A DNA stretch of 64,000 bases from Thermoanaerobaculaceae bacterium (GTDB taxonomy: Bacteria; Acidobacteriota; Thermoanaerobaculia; Multivoradales; UBA5704), in contig CAVZUZ010000012.1 in assembly GCA_963778565.1 (NCBI GenBank), positions 795,764 through 859,763 of the forward strand, in the 5' to 3' direction. Numbering within the stretch: position 1 is the stretch's first letter; the number at the start of each line of letters is the position of its first letter. This document shows, in pieces, positions 19,796-30,346 of this stretch. Made by a program: the position numbers and the translations under genes. The notes beneath the pieces were generated by a model. It saw only the letters and a program-made list of their open reading frames with translations, had not been told where the DNA came from and made no database searches.

Positions 19796-19874
19796 GGGGC
19801 GGCAAACCGAAGCTTAGGTCGCTGACGGGAAGTCCGTGCGCCTGCACGGTGACGCGGGGGCCAAGCCGATCCTA

Positions 19875-19927
19875 GCCCGGCGATAAATCGCCGGGCTACA
19901 AGGGCAGCGCCGGGTGAACCCGGCTTT
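19875..19927. repeat. REP element (two hairpins), left of RAYT
   Basis: GCCCGGCGATAAATCGCCGGGCTACAAGGGCAGCGCCGGGTGAACCCGGCTT. Confidence 0.85.
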
Positions 19928-19963
19928 AAACGGGACCGTCCGTTAATCGACCCGGGGACGATT

Positions 19964-20377
19964 TTGCCGTATTGGCAGCTCTTCTACCACGCGGTCTGGG
20001 CGACGCGATTTCGCGAGCCTCTGATATCCGCGGAAGTGGAGTCGGTCATTCATGGCCTGCTTCGCGGCAAGGCCGTTGGGTTGGGAGCCGAGGTGTTCGC
20101 ATTGAACGGCATGGAAGACCATGTCCATATGGTCATCTCCATTCCTCCCAAGCTGTCCGTGGCGGGATTCATCGGCAAGGTAAAGGGGGCCACCTCGACG
20201 AGGTTCAACAAGGCGGGCCTTCTGAACCGTCCGTTCTTCTGGCAGGAGGAATACGCGGTCCTTTCCTTCGATAAAAAGCGGCTGCCGCGCTACGTCGCCT
20301 ACGTACGAAACCAGAAGCTCCATCACGCGAACAGCTCGACGATCCCAATCCTGGAACGTACAGAAGAGACCGATTAG
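19964..20377 (+). CDS. IS200/IS605-like Y1 (HUH) transposase, REP-associated (RAYT-like)
   Basis: YHAVWATRFREPL, the HUH motif DHVHMVISIPP, and GKVKGATS...WQEEYAV. It is flanked by inverted REP copies. Confidence 0.85.
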   Translation: MPYWQLFYHAVWATRFREPLISAEVESVIHGLLRGKAVGLGAEVFALNGMEDHVHMVISIPPKLSVAGFIGKVKGATSTRFNKAGLLNRPFFWQEEYAVLSFDKKRLPRYVAYVRNQKLHHANSSTIPILERTEETD

Positions 20378-20382
20378 GTTTG

Positions 20383-20434
20383 AAGCCGGGTTCACCCGGC
20401 GCTGCCCTTGTAGCCCGGGCATTTATGCCCGGGC
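20383..20434. repeat. REP element, inverted copy right of RAYT
   Basis: AAGCCGGGTTCACCCGGCGCTGCCCTTGTAGCCCGGGCATTTATGCCCGGGC is the reverse complement of the left copy, apart from the loop. Confidence 0.85.
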
Positions 20435-20449
20435 GAGGAGCCGACCGAC

Positions 20450-20756
20450 ATGAACCTCCCCGTCGCCTGTACCCTCTCCACCCCCGAGCTGCACGAACGC
20501 GAGCAGACCGTCCTCGCCAAGGTCCGCGCCCGCGTTCAGGAGGTGCGGGACCTCGACTCCGGATACGCCCTCCGCTTCGATCCCGAGGGCGCGATGCTCG
20601 CCGACCTCGCGACGCTCATCGAGCTGGAGCGCCAGTGCTGTCCCTTCCTGCGATTCGAGCTTCGAGGTGCTCCCCGCGAGCGGCCCCATCTGGCTGGAGC
20701 TCACCGGTCCCGAAGGCACCCGAGATTTCCTCCGAACCATCCTGAATCTGCCGTAA
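20450..20756 (+). pseudogene. Small CCPF-motif protein (unknown function), frameshifted
   Basis: The frame changes at 20654-20667. Upstream reads ...IELERQCCPFLRFE and downstream (+1 frame) reads [29 protein letters not shown]. The junction contains CGAGCTT. Confidence 0.7.
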
Positions 20757-20778
20757 GATCACCCCGCAACCAGGCTTG

Positions 20779-20830
20779 AAGCCGGGTTCACCCGGCGCTG
20801 CCCTCGTAGCCCGGACATGGATGTCCGGGC
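20779..20830. repeat. REP element, second inverted copy
   Basis: AAGCCGGGTTCACCCGGCGCTGCCCTCGTAGCCCGGACATGGATGTCCGGGC. Confidence 0.85.
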
Positions 20831-20844
20831 GAAGGAGTGAACCT

Positions 20845-23052
20845 ATGCCTTCTGAAGTTTCTCGACTTCGCCGCGACATCTCCGTTCTGGTCGTCCTCGT
20901 CCTGCTCCTGGCGATCCCCGCCCTCTCCGCCGCCGCGAAACGGCCCATCACCGAGACCGACCTCTTCGAGTTCGTCTGGATCGCAGGCCCGCAGATCTCG
21001 CCGGACGGCAGGCAGGTGGCCTTCGTCCGGGTCACCGTCAACGAGAAAAAGGATGGCTACGATACCGCCATCTGGATCGTGCCGGCGGACGGCGGCGAGC
21101 CGCCGCGGCCGTTCACCAGCGGCCCGCGCGACGGCTCGCCCCGATGGTCTCCGGACGGCACGCGGATCGTCTTCACCCGCGCCGCCGAGAAAGAGGGCAA
21201 GCCCGAGCCGCCGCAGCTCTACCTCATCTCGACCCAAGGTGGCGAGGCCGTGAGCCTCACCGACCTGCCGCGCGGCGCGGGCTCGCCGGCGTGGTCTCCG
21301 GACGGCAAGACCATCGCCTTCGTCAGCTCGGCGAACGACGAGGATCTGAAGAAGTGGCAGGAGAAGAAGAGCAAGAAGGATGAAAAGGCCAAGGAGGAGA
21401 AGAAAGGCGAGGAAAAGAAGGAAGGAGAAGAGGAGCGGGAGAGCGATGTCCGCGTGATCACCCGGGCGATCTACCGCTTCAACGGCCCCGGTTATCTCGA
21501 TCCCAAGCGCCCCAGCCATCTCTGGACCATCGAGGTGCCGGCGGCAGGAGCCAAGGCCCCCGAGCCGAAACAGATCACCACCGGCGAGCTCGCCGAGGCC
21601 GAGCCCGCCTGGTCGCCGGACGGCTCGCTCCTCTACTTTCTCTCGAACCGCCTCGAGGAACCCTATTACGAGGCGCAGGACGCCGACCTCTACGCCGTGG
21701 CCGCCAAGGGCGGCGAGATCCGCCGCATCATCAGCATCGACGGCCCGATCGGCGACTTCACGCTGTCTCCCGACGGCAACCAGGTGGCCTTCGCGGGCTA
21801 CCGGAATTCCAAGCCGGACCGCTCGCACAATCAGACCGATCTGTTCGTTGCGGCCGCGGCGCCGGAAGCCGAGGCGCGGAACCTGACGACCACCTTGGAC
21901 GACGACGTCCTCGAGGGGCTCGCGGCCGACCAGCATCCGCCGCGCGGCGGCCGGTCGCAGCCGATCGTCTGGAGCCGGGACGGCCGCTCGATCTTCGTCG
22001 TCGCCGGCGATCGCGGCCGGGTGAACATGAAGCGATTCGACGCGGCGACCGGCGCCGCCGAGGCCCTCACCCGGGGCGACCAGGAGATCGTCTCCTACAC
22101 CGCGACGGCGGACGGCTCGCGCATGGCGGTCGTCGTTTCAACGCCGACGGCAATCAACGACCTTTTCGCGCTCGACACCGCTACCGGAAAGATGACGCCG
22201 CTGGCGCAGCCGAACCAGGAGCTCTTCTCGCAGCTCGAGCTGACCCCGCCCGAGGAGATCACCTACAGGAGCTTCGACGGCAAGGAGATCCACGCCTTCG
22301 TCCAGAAGCCCCCGGACTTCGACCCCAAGAAGAAATACCCGCTCATCCTCAACATCCACGGCGGGCCCCACGCGGCGTACGGCTTCGCCTTCTTCCACGA
22401 GATGCAGTGGATGGCCGCCAAGGGTTACGTGGTGATCTATCCGAACCCGCGAGGCAGCTCCACCTACGGCCAGGAGTTCGGCAACGTCATCCAGTACGAG
22501 TTTCCCGGCGACGACGCCAAGGACCTGCTGGCCGGCGTGGACGAGATGGTCAAGCAAGGCATCGCGGACCCCGCGCGCCTGGGCGTCACCGGCGGCAGCG
22601 GCGGCGGCATCCTCACCAACTGGATCATCACCCAGACGGACCGCTTCGCCGCCGCGGCTTCGCAGCGCTCGATCGCCGACTGGACGAGCTTCTGGTACAC
22701 GGCGGATTTCACGCTGTTCCGACCGACCTGGTTCCGCGGCGCGCCGTGGGAAGATCCTCAGGATTTCGCGCGCCGCTCGCCGATCACCCACGCCGCCAGG
22801 ATCACGACGCCGCTCATGCTCATCGAGGGCGACACGGATTGGCGCACGCCGCCCGCGGCCGGCGGCGAGATGATGTTCCGGGCCTTGAAATACATGAAGA
22901 AGCCGGTCGTCATGGTGCGCTTCCCGGGCGAGAGCCACGACCTTTCGCGCAGCGGCCAGCCCTGGCATCGCGTCGAGCGGCTGCAACACATCGTGGCCTG
23001 GTTCGACAAGTACCTGCAGGGGAAGAAGATCGACGACTACGACGTGCCTTGA
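20845..23052 (+). CDS. S9 family serine peptidase (acylaminoacyl/prolyl oligopeptidase type) with N-terminal beta-propeller
   Basis: GAAGGAG RBS 7 nt before ATG 20845, and a signal-like [22 protein letters not shown] propeller repeats, nucleophile elbow GVTGGSGGG, and C-terminal GESHDL. Confidence 0.9.
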   Translation: MPSEVSRLRRDISVLVVLVLLLAIPALSAAAKRPITETDLFEFVWIAGPQISPDGRQVAFVRVTVNEKKDGYDTAIWIVPADGGEPPRPFTSGPRDGSPRWSPDGTRIVFTRAAEKEGKPEPPQLYLISTQGGEAVSLTDLPRGAGSPAWSPDGKTIAFVSSANDEDLKKWQEKKSKKDEKAKEEKKGEEKKEGEEERESDVRVITRAIYRFNGPGYLDPKRPSHLWTIEVPAAGAKAPEPKQITTGELAEAEPAWSPDGSLLYFLSNRLEEPYYEAQDADLYAVAAKGGEIRRIISIDGPIGDFTLSPDGNQVAFAGYRNSKPDRSHNQTDLFVAAAAPEAEARNLTTTLDDDVLEGLAADQHPPRGGRSQPIVWSRDGRSIFVVAGDRGRVNMKRFDAATGAAEALTRGDQEIVSYTATADGSRMAVVVSTPTAINDLFALDTATGKMTPLAQPNQELFSQLELTPPEEITYRSFDGKEIHAFVQKPPDFDPKKKYPLILNIHGGPHAAYGFAFFHEMQWMAAKGYVVIYPNPRGSSTYGQEFGNVIQYEFPGDDAKDLLAGVDEMVKQGIADPARLGVTGGSGGGILTNWIITQTDRFAAAASQRSIADWTSFWYTADFTLFRPTWFRGAPWEDPQDFARRSPITHAARITTPLMLIEGDTDWRTPPAAGGEMMFRALKYMKKPVVMVRFPGESHDLSRSGQPWHRVERLQHIVAWFDKYLQGKKIDDYDVP

Positions 23053-23065
23053 GGCGGGCCAGATG

Positions 23066-23162
23066 GAAATCAAGGACAAGAAGGACAGCAAGGACGTCAA
23101 GGACGCGAGGTGAACGGGATGCTCCTCGTCCTAGAAGTCCTTGCCGTCCTTTTCGTCCTTGG
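23066..23162. repeat. AAGGAC-rich palindromic repeat, second copy
   Basis: GAAATCAAGGACAAGAAGGACAGCAAGGACGTCAAGGACG...CGTCCTAGAAGTCCTTGCCGTCCTTTTCGTCCTTGG. Confidence 0.75.
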
Positions 23163-24135
23163 TCTCCGCGGCAAAGTCAGCGGCTCTCGGGAGAGATTCC
23201 CCCTTCTTTGTCTCTGCCTGATCCTGGTGGGTTGCGCCGGCAGGCTGCCGCCTCAGGGCGCTCCTGTACCGTTCTCTGCCGAGGCTGTCTCGCTCTTCGG
23301 CGAGCCCCTCGTGGCGCCGGCGCTCCCAGCCGAAACGCGGGCTGACCGCGAGGCCAAGCTCGCCGAGGCCCGCGCCGCCGTGGAGCGCTCGCCGGACGAC
23401 GCCGGCGCCCTGATCTGGCTCGGCCGGCGCACGGCGTACCTGGGACGCTACCGGGAGGCGATCGAGATCTTCTTCCGCGGCATCGCAAAGCATCCGGACG
23501 ATGCCCGTTTCTATCGCCACCGCGGCCACCGCTACATCACCGTGCGTGAATTCGACCGGGCCGTCGCGGACCTGGAGCGCGCGGCGCAACTGATCGCCGG
23601 CAAGGCGGACGAGATCGAGCCGGACGGTCTGCCCAACGCGCGCAACGTCCACACCAGCACGCTGCAGTCGAACGTCTGGTATCACCTCGGACTGGCCCAT
23701 TACCTCAAGGGCGACTTCGAGGCCGCGCTCGCCGCCTACCAGGAGTGCCTGAAGGTGTCGGGCAATCCGGACATGCTGGCGGCCACCAGCCACTGGCTCT
23801 ACATGACCCTCCGGCGCCTGGGACGGGAGGAGGCCGCGCGCCAGGTCCTCGGGCCCATCCACGCCGGCATGGACATCATCGAGAACCAGGCCTACCACCG
23901 GCTCCTGCTGCTGTACAAGGGCGAGCTTTCGCCAGCGGCTCTCCGCGCCGGCGCCGCCGGCGACCTCGATCCGCCGACGATCGGCTATGGCTTGGGCAAC
24001 TGGCACCTCTACAACGGACGTAGGGAAGAGGCGTTACGGACCTTCCGTGAGGTCCTCGCCGGCGGCAATTGGCCCGCCTTCGGCTTCATCGCCGCCGAGG
24101 CGGATCTGCAGCGGCTGGGGGAAAGGCCGCGGTAA
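23110..24135 (+). CDS. TPR-like repeat (lipo)protein
   Basis: Lipobox-like LILVGCAG and TPR-like helices (YRHRGHRYITVREFDRAVADLERA, WYHLGLAHYLKGDFEAALAAYQE). The first ~17 codons are encoded by the palindromic repeat, so the start is uncertain. Confidence 0.65.
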   Translation: MNGMLLVLEVLAVLFVLGLRGKVSGSRERFPLLCLCLILVGCAGRLPPQGAPVPFSAEAVSLFGEPLVAPALPAETRADREAKLAEARAAVERSPDDAGALIWLGRRTAYLGRYREAIEIFFRGIAKHPDDARFYRHRGHRYITVREFDRAVADLERAAQLIAGKADEIEPDGLPNARNVHTSTLQSNVWYHLGLAHYLKGDFEAALAAYQECLKVSGNPDMLAATSHWLYMTLRRLGREEAARQVLGPIHAGMDIIENQAYHRLLLLYKGELSPAALRAGAAGDLDPPTIGYGLGNWHLYNGRREEALRTFREVLAGGNWPAFGFIAAEADLQRLGERPR

Positions 24136-24142
24136 GGGACCT

Positions 24143-24733
24143 TCACGCGGACTCGGCCAGGAGCCGCTCCAGGCCGGCGACCAGTCGGCGGAAAGAGAGG
24201 CAGCGCTGATGGGCGAGATCGAGATCCATCCTTGCTGCGAAGATGGGTTGATGCACCGTGACTACATAGTGCCGATTCTCTTCCATGTTGCGGCTCAACC
24301 TTTCTTTGGCGCCCCGGATCGTCTCAGGTTCCTCGGGCGCTTTCGCGTCGGCGCGGATCCCTTGGACGCCGCGTAGAGATTCCTTACTGCCGAGGAACCA
24401 GGACTCGAGCTCCCGAGTGGCCGCGACGACAACGGTGGGCAACGGCCTTGCCTCGCGGCACCGCTGCAGAAGAGAGCGCTCAAGGGGGAGAGGCTCATCG
24501 TCATCCGCATCCAGGATCACCAGCACGGAGTCGACACCCTCTCGATACCGAATGCCACGAGAGAGGGCGCGTTCGATCTCGCCCGGCTGGCTCATCTTGA
24601 GCCGCGGAATGCGGAATGGCCGCGCTACTCGGACCTCGGGATGCTCGAGCTTCACCAGCAGGCGGCGGCGGAGGATCGGCACGGCCTCCTCCTCGGAATG
24701 CCCCTCGACAATTGGAAGGAGGCAGCTAATCAC
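24143..24733 (-). CDS. DUF4276-like protein (putative Toprim-like partner of the ATPase)
   Basis: The N-terminal LLPIVEGHSEEEAVPILRRRLL and the acidic LVILDADDD resemble DUF4276. The start lies 3 nt after the ATPase stop. Confidence 0.65.
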   Translation of the reverse strand: MISCLLPIVEGHSEEEAVPILRRRLLVKLEHPEVRVARPFRIPRLKMSQPGEIERALSRGIRYREGVDSVLVILDADDDEPLPLERSLLQRCREARPLPTVVVAATRELESWFLGSKESLRGVQGIRADAKAPEEPETIRGAKERLSRNMEENRHYVVTVHQPIFAARMDLDLAHQRCLSFRRLVAGLERLLAESA

Positions 24734-24736
24734 AGA

Positions 24737-25921
24737 TCAGAGCGAGATTTCTTTGAACAGGTCCAGGCGCTTGGCGACGGTCTGAGCGGCTTCAACATCC
24801 TGGCTCAGCTCATTGATCCTCAAAAGATCGCCGGCCGTGTAGAGTCGCTCACGGATCGCTTGCCTGCTGGCTTGGGAAACCGGCGCAATGATCGTGCGCC
24901 CGTTCTCCTTGGTGACAACCCGAAGCTGATCGTCGGACACTTCCTTTTCGTCCAGGATGTCCGCGCTGTGGGTCGTAATCACAACTTGGCAGTCATATAC
25001 GGCATGCAACAGGACTTGCAGGATCAGCCCCGCGCTGGCTGGATAAACTGTCGTTTCAGGCTCCTCGATGACTAGAACGGAAGGCTGCTGGGCTTGGAGG
25101 ACGGCGAGGAGCAGACCGAGTATGCGGAGAGTCCCGTCCGACATCTCGGTCGCGGCCAGATGCCCCGGTTGCTCCGTTCCCACGTCCACTTCAAATTCCA
25201 GGATGGCTCTTCCCTCCACGCCAGTTACGCTGATTCCCTGGACTCCCGGCACAACCCTGGAGAGGAGAGCGCAAAGGAGCTTATAACGTTCCTTGTCCCC
25301 TGCCCCATTTCGCAGATGGGCCAAGACCGACGCCGCATTCCTCCCATCGGGCTCTAATAGAACACCCGCGTCGAGCTCCTGCCACTGGCGCAACCGGCGA
25401 GGATCGATCGAATAGGACCGCACCGAGGTGAGGAACTCGTAAAGCGGGCTGAACTCCTCTGTGGCCGACGCCGCGAAAAGGGCAAGCCGATTAGCGGAGA
25501 GTTTCGGCCGAATTCCCGGGATCTCCCTTATGAAGCGCCCATCCGTCAGCTCGAAATCTGCAGCACCTTGGGGACCCCAGACGGCGCCTTTCTCATGGAC
25601 GACCCGGTACTGGTCGTTCTCGCTGGCGATCTCGAAAGCGTATTCAGCGGACTGGTTTTCGGCGAGGTCGACAACCAGCTTGATGCCGAAGGAGACGGGC
25701 TCCTCCATCCAAATCGGCAGAAGACCAGATCTGTGTCGGCGGTTCCACGCCTGTTGGATCGATTCCGACAAACACTCCTGCACGAACGCCAGCGCATCCA
25801 CGAAGTTGCTCTTCCCGGCGCCGTTCGGACCCACGAAGACCGTGAACGGCTCGAGGTCGACCACCGCCCGCTCGATGCTCTTGTAGTTCTGGATCTGGAC
25901 TTGGCGGATTCTGGGTACCAT
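24737..25921 (-). CDS. ABC/SMC-like AAA ATPase (AAA_15/AAA_21 type)
   Basis: Walker A GPNGAGKSNF, signature-like MSDGTLR, Walker B VLVIEEPE, H-loop ITTHS. Confidence 0.85.
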   Translation of the reverse strand: MVPRIRQVQIQNYKSIERAVVDLEPFTVFVGPNGAGKSNFVDALAFVQECLSESIQQAWNRRHRSGLLPIWMEEPVSFGIKLVVDLAENQSAEYAFEIASENDQYRVVHEKGAVWGPQGAADFELTDGRFIREIPGIRPKLSANRLALFAASATEEFSPLYEFLTSVRSYSIDPRRLRQWQELDAGVLLEPDGRNAASVLAHLRNGAGDKERYKLLCALLSRVVPGVQGISVTGVEGRAILEFEVDVGTEQPGHLAATEMSDGTLRILGLLLAVLQAQQPSVLVIEEPETTVYPASAGLILQVLLHAVYDCQVVITTHSADILDEKEVSDDQLRVVTKENGRTIIAPVSQASRQAIRERLYTAGDLLRINELSQDVEAAQTVAKRLDLFKEISL

Positions 25922-26109
25922 GGAACGCTCGCCGTCGGGGGTTTGATCCTACCATGGTCTTGGCAGTGTCAGAGGGGGGCGAAACGTCCCGTGGCCTCTG
26001 GACATCTTCTTTAGAGCTTGCTGTGCCGTGGCGGGTCCGGCCCGTTCGGCCGTAAAATACCGGAAGGAAGGCCCCTTCTCTGGAAACTCAGCACTTTGTG
26101 GAGACGTCA

Positions 26110-28616
26110 ATGAGCAGCCAATTCCGATCCCCTGCCGCCCACGCTTGGACTGCTTTCGCGGTCGCCCTGGCCCTAATCCCGGCGGTCGCTCTCGCCGCGC
26201 CTTCGGCGGACCCCACCTACGCCGCCTTGCGCGCCGCCCGGCCGGACGGCCGCACGGTGCCGGTCAACGGGCTGGTGCTGGAGCGGGACGTCTTCCGCTT
26301 CCAGTTCGACTCCGGGGCGTTCCATTTTCTGGCGCCGGTCGCCGGCCGCACGGTGGGGGCGGTGTTCGTCGGCCGCGGCAGCTACCGGCTGAGCCCGGCC
26401 ACCGAGAACGAGCGGCGGCAACTCGCACTGTCCTCGGGCGCCGGCAGCGGCTTCGAGACCCTGACGGACGATTTCGACGATCTGGTCCTGCTGTTCGCGG
26501 ATGACACGGCCCAGGAAATCGAGCTCCACGCATCCGCTCGCGCGGGGACGCCCGACCCGCGCGCCGCCGAGGTCCAAGAGCGCTATCTCAAGCGGCAGCG
26601 GAAGGATTTCCGGACCAATTTCCAGGCGCGGCTGCTGCGCGACCTGCTGAACAGTCCCGGCCTCATGAGCGGCGTCTTCCTTTCGCTGATCGACGGCAAG
26701 CAATATCCCCCAGCTCTCGCGGCGGTGGACCCTGACGGCTCCGAAGCACTGGGAATCAGCATCCGTCTGGGCAGCGAGGATACGGTCTTCGTCGTGGCGG
26801 ATCCCAACCGCGGCGGCCTCTGGTATCACTGCGACCGCCAGGCGGAGGTGGAGCGCAAACGCAAGAGCCCGGAGAAACGCCTGACGGACGCGCTCGACTA
26901 CACCGTCGACACTCGCGTCGAGAAGAATGAGGATCTGGCCGGCACGACCACGATTCGATTCAAGACGCTGGTGCCCAATCTGCGGGTCCTGCCGCTGTTC
27001 CTGGAGCCCTCCCTCCGCATCAAGGAGGCTGCATTCGCTGTCGACGCCGGGGATGCGGAGGCGTCCTGGAAACCGGTCGCCTTCGTCCAGGAAGCTCGAG
27101 AAGGAGGACGCCGACGCCGCGGTCGTTTTCCCCGAGGCGCTGGCCAAAGGCGCGACGGCCCTGTTGCGGCTCGCCTACAAAGGCGAGAAGGTGCTCGTGG
27201 ATGGTGGCGACAAGAACTACTACGTTGGCGCCCGGGCAAGCTGGTACCCGAACGTGGGAGTCTTCTCCGATCCCGCCGTCTTCGACCTGACCTATCACGT
27301 TCCCGCCGGCAACGAAATCATTTCGGTGGGAAAGCTCGTGGAAGAGAAAACCGGGAACGAGCAGAGCGTTTCGCGATGGCGAACGGAGCATCCCGTTCAA
27401 GTCGCGGGCTTCAACTACGGCAAGTTCAAGAAGCTGGCCAAGCAGGACGAGTTCAGTAAGATCGACGTCGAGGTCTATACCAACCCAGGCACCCCCAACA
27501 TCATCAAAGAGATCAACGCGGCGATGAGCGGTGACTCGATGGATCAGATCGACCAAGGGTTCGAAACCGGCGCCCCGGGAGAAAGCCTGGGCAAGATCAA
27601 CACGGGCCGGTTGGCGGAGGCTTCCCTCGCAGACGGGCTCAACTCCGCACGCCTCTTCACCACCTATTTCGGGCCGCTGCCGCAGACCCACGTCGCCATC
27701 ACGCAGCAGTCCAACTTTACCTTTGGCCAGTCCTGGCCGTCGCTCATTTTCATGCCCTATCTTTCCTTCATGAACGGCACGCAGCGCCAGATTCTCGGCA
27801 TGGTGCAGGCCAAGGACTTCGTCGACCAGGTGGGATATCACGAGTTCGCGCACCAATGGTGGGGCCATCTGGTGGGAGCCGAAACCTACCGGGACCAATG
27901 GCTGGAGGAGGGATTCTCCGAGTTCTCGGCGGCTTTGGCCGTTCACCACACCAAGGGCTGGACCGATTATGACCGGTTCTGGAAAGAGCGGCGGAAGGAA
28001 ATCCTGGAGAAGACTCCCGGCAACGTCATGGCACCTTACGAGGCCGGCCCGATCAGCCAGGGTTGGCGCCTCTCCACGGCGCGGACGCCCTCCGCCGGCG
28101 GCATGATGTATCCCAAGGGCGGCTACGTGCTCCACATGCTGCGCATGTTGATGTACGACTGGAAGCTCGAAGGATCCGGACGCCCGGTTCATCGTCATGA
28201 TGAAGGACTACACCGCCGCCTACGGCGGCAAGTTCGCGTCTACGGCGGACTTTCAGAAGGTGGTGGAGCGCCACATGGTGCCCGCCATGAACGCCACCAA
28301 CGACGGCAAGATGGACTGGTTCTTCAACCAGTGGGTGTACGGCACCGAGATGCCGCGCTACGTGAGCGACCTCAAAGCGGAGCCGGCGGGGGAGGAGACC
28401 CGCATCCACGGCACCATCCGCCAGGAAGGGGTGTCGAAGGATTTCCGTGCCGTCGTGCCGATCTACGTCGAGCTCGGCAAGAACGAGACGGCGCGGGTGG
28501 GCATGCTGCCGCTGATCGGCGAGGCGAGCGTGCCGGTCGACGTCAAGCTGAAGCTGCCGAAAAAGGTCCGCAAGGTCTACCTCAACGCCCACGGCGAGGT
28601 GCTGGCGCGCGACTGA
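26110..28616 (+). pseudogene. M1-family zinc aminopeptidase, two frame breaks
   Basis: Signal peptide, then HEFAHQWWGHLVG...WLEEGFSEF (HExxH-18-E). The protein is spread over three frames, switching near 27092 and 28163. Confidence 0.85.
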
Positions 28617-28646
28617 TGGAAGAGCTTCCCAGGGGTAGGCCCACGC

Positions 28647-29219
28647 GTGGATTCCAGCTCGGTCGGAGATCCGGCGCGATATCCCGCGCTGGATCACCTG
28701 GAGACGAGCCTGGCGGCTCTGCCGGACGCGCCCCGGGATCTGGGCCGGATAGCCCTGCTCGTGAGACGCGGTGAGGGCGGTCTGCGGGAGCAGCCGGATC
28801 GGGTACGCCTGGCGCCGGATACCGGCCTTCCAGGAGACGCATGGGGACGCCGCAGCGAGCCCAACCCCGAGGCGCAGCTCACGGTCATGCAGATCGCCGT
28901 GGCGGAGCTGATCGCGCATGGTCAGCCGTTGTCGCTGTTCGGGGACAACCTGTTGCTGGATCTCGATCTCTCAGCCGCGAACCTGCCCATCGGCAGCCGC
29001 GTGCGCGTGGGCGAGGCCATTTTGGAGGTGACTCCGAAGCCCCATAACGGCTGCCAGAAGTTCCGAGCGCGATTCGGCCCTGACGCGCTGCGTTTCGTAT
29101 CGAAGCCCGATCTGCGGCACCGCAACCTCCGCGGCATCTACATGCGAGTGGTGCAGCCGGGCGAAACGGCGCCGGGCGATCCGGCGGAGGTCATTTCGCG
29201 AGGACCCAGCCATGGATGA
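28647..29219 (+). CDS. MOSC domain-containing protein
   Basis: GDNLLLDLDLSAANLPIGSRVRVGEAILEVTPKPHNGCQKF is the MOSC beta-barrel region with the conserved Cys. GTG start. Confidence 0.8.
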   Translation: MDSSSVGDPARYPALDHLETSLAALPDAPRDLGRIALLVRRGEGGLREQPDRVRLAPDTGLPGDAWGRRSEPNPEAQLTVMQIAVAELIAHGQPLSLFGDNLLLDLDLSAANLPIGSRVRVGEAILEVTPKPHNGCQKFRARFGPDALRFVSKPDLRHRNLRGIYMRVVQPGETAPGDPAEVISRGPSHG

Positions 29220-29460
29220 CAAGCAGTCCAACAGCGAGCAGTTCGTCGCCGATGGTTACCAACGGCTGGTATCCAGCGACGAATACCAGGCGGCCGCCGC
29301 GGCGGCGAAAAAGCGGGTTCATGCGCAGTTCGACCCGCAGATTGCCGCCGCCGGGCCGCTGCGCCGCCTGCGGTTGTACTACCTTCGCCATCGCGAGCTG
29401 TCGCGAGAGCTCGAACGTCTCGCGCCTCCCGGGGCGTTCTATGTCAGGTCCAACGGTTGA
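29212..29460 (+). CDS. Small hypothetical protein
   Basis: 82-aa ORF overlapping the MOSC stop by 8 nt. No family was recognised. Confidence 0.35.
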   Translation: MDDKQSNSEQFVADGYQRLVSSDEYQAAAAAAKKRVHAQFDPQIAAAGPLRRLRLYYLRHRELSRELERLAPPGAFYVRSNG

Positions 29461-29985
29461 TCATGCGAGCGTAGCGTCGAGATACCGCTCGTGCAGGATC
29501 GCCGTGTGGTGAGCGAGGTGACCGGCCACGATGTAGGCGATGGCGCGCACGGTAAAGGGGTTGCCGCTGGCGATGCCGCTGCGCTCCCAGGCCTCGGCCG
29601 GCAGGTTGCGGAAGAAGGACAGGGTCGCGAGGCGTACGCTGCGAAATTCTTCGACGTGGCGGGCCCAGGACACCTCGTCGGCCTTCGCTCCGGCGGCGCT
29701 GATGCCTTCGTCGAAGCTCGGTAAGGGAGTGTCGAAGCCGCGGGCGAACCAGAGAGCACGGCACACGAAGACCCGCTCGGTGTCACTGACGTGGTTGAGG
29801 ACCTGGCGGATGCTCCACTTCTCCGGCGCATAGCGGTGGAGGGATCCCTCCTCCGAGAGGCCGGACAGGAAATCCGTCGCCTCGTCGAGCTGCGTCGCGA
29901 GGAAGCCGACGATGTCGTCGCTCGTCACCCGGTCGATGTAGCGGTGGTAGTAGGCAGCGGCCTCGTCGGTTCCTGGACGTCCCAT
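29461..29985 (-). CDS. DinB-family protein
   Basis: From MGRPGTDEAAAYYHRYIDRV the sequence is DinB-like: WSIRQVLNHVSDTERVF...AYIVAGHLAHHTAIL, a His-triad four-helix bundle pattern. Confidence 0.8.
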   Translation of the reverse strand: MGRPGTDEAAAYYHRYIDRVTSDDIVGFLATQLDEATDFLSGLSEEGSLHRYAPEKWSIRQVLNHVSDTERVFVCRALWFARGFDTPLPSFDEGISAAGAKADEVSWARHVEEFRSVRLATLSFFRNLPAEAWERSGIASGNPFTVRAIAYIVAGHLAHHTAILHERYLDATLA

Positions 29986-30346
29986 CCCTGAATCCCCTTT
30001 CGTTCTGTAGACGCGCGTGCGGGTCTGTTCCGAAGCCGCACCCGCGGCGGAGAGGAGTTTGCAGTACGGGGGTGGTCGCAGGCAAGATCCACTTCCGGCC
30101 CGCCGGATGGGGCCACTCCCTGGGAGCGCCGGCGTCGCTCCGATATACAAGTGAAGAGTCACGGAGAGACCGAAGGTGTGCGGAGACTTCGTGGCGCCTT
30201 TCGATCGCGATCCCGTAGAGGTTTTCGCCGTCGAAACGGCTCGGCCGGTCCCGGATGCCGGGCACGTTTTCGCCGCCTGCCGTGTCTAAGGAGGAGAGCG
30301 GCCCCAAAACCGGGACCGCCCAGACCGATGCAAGAGGACGAAATCC

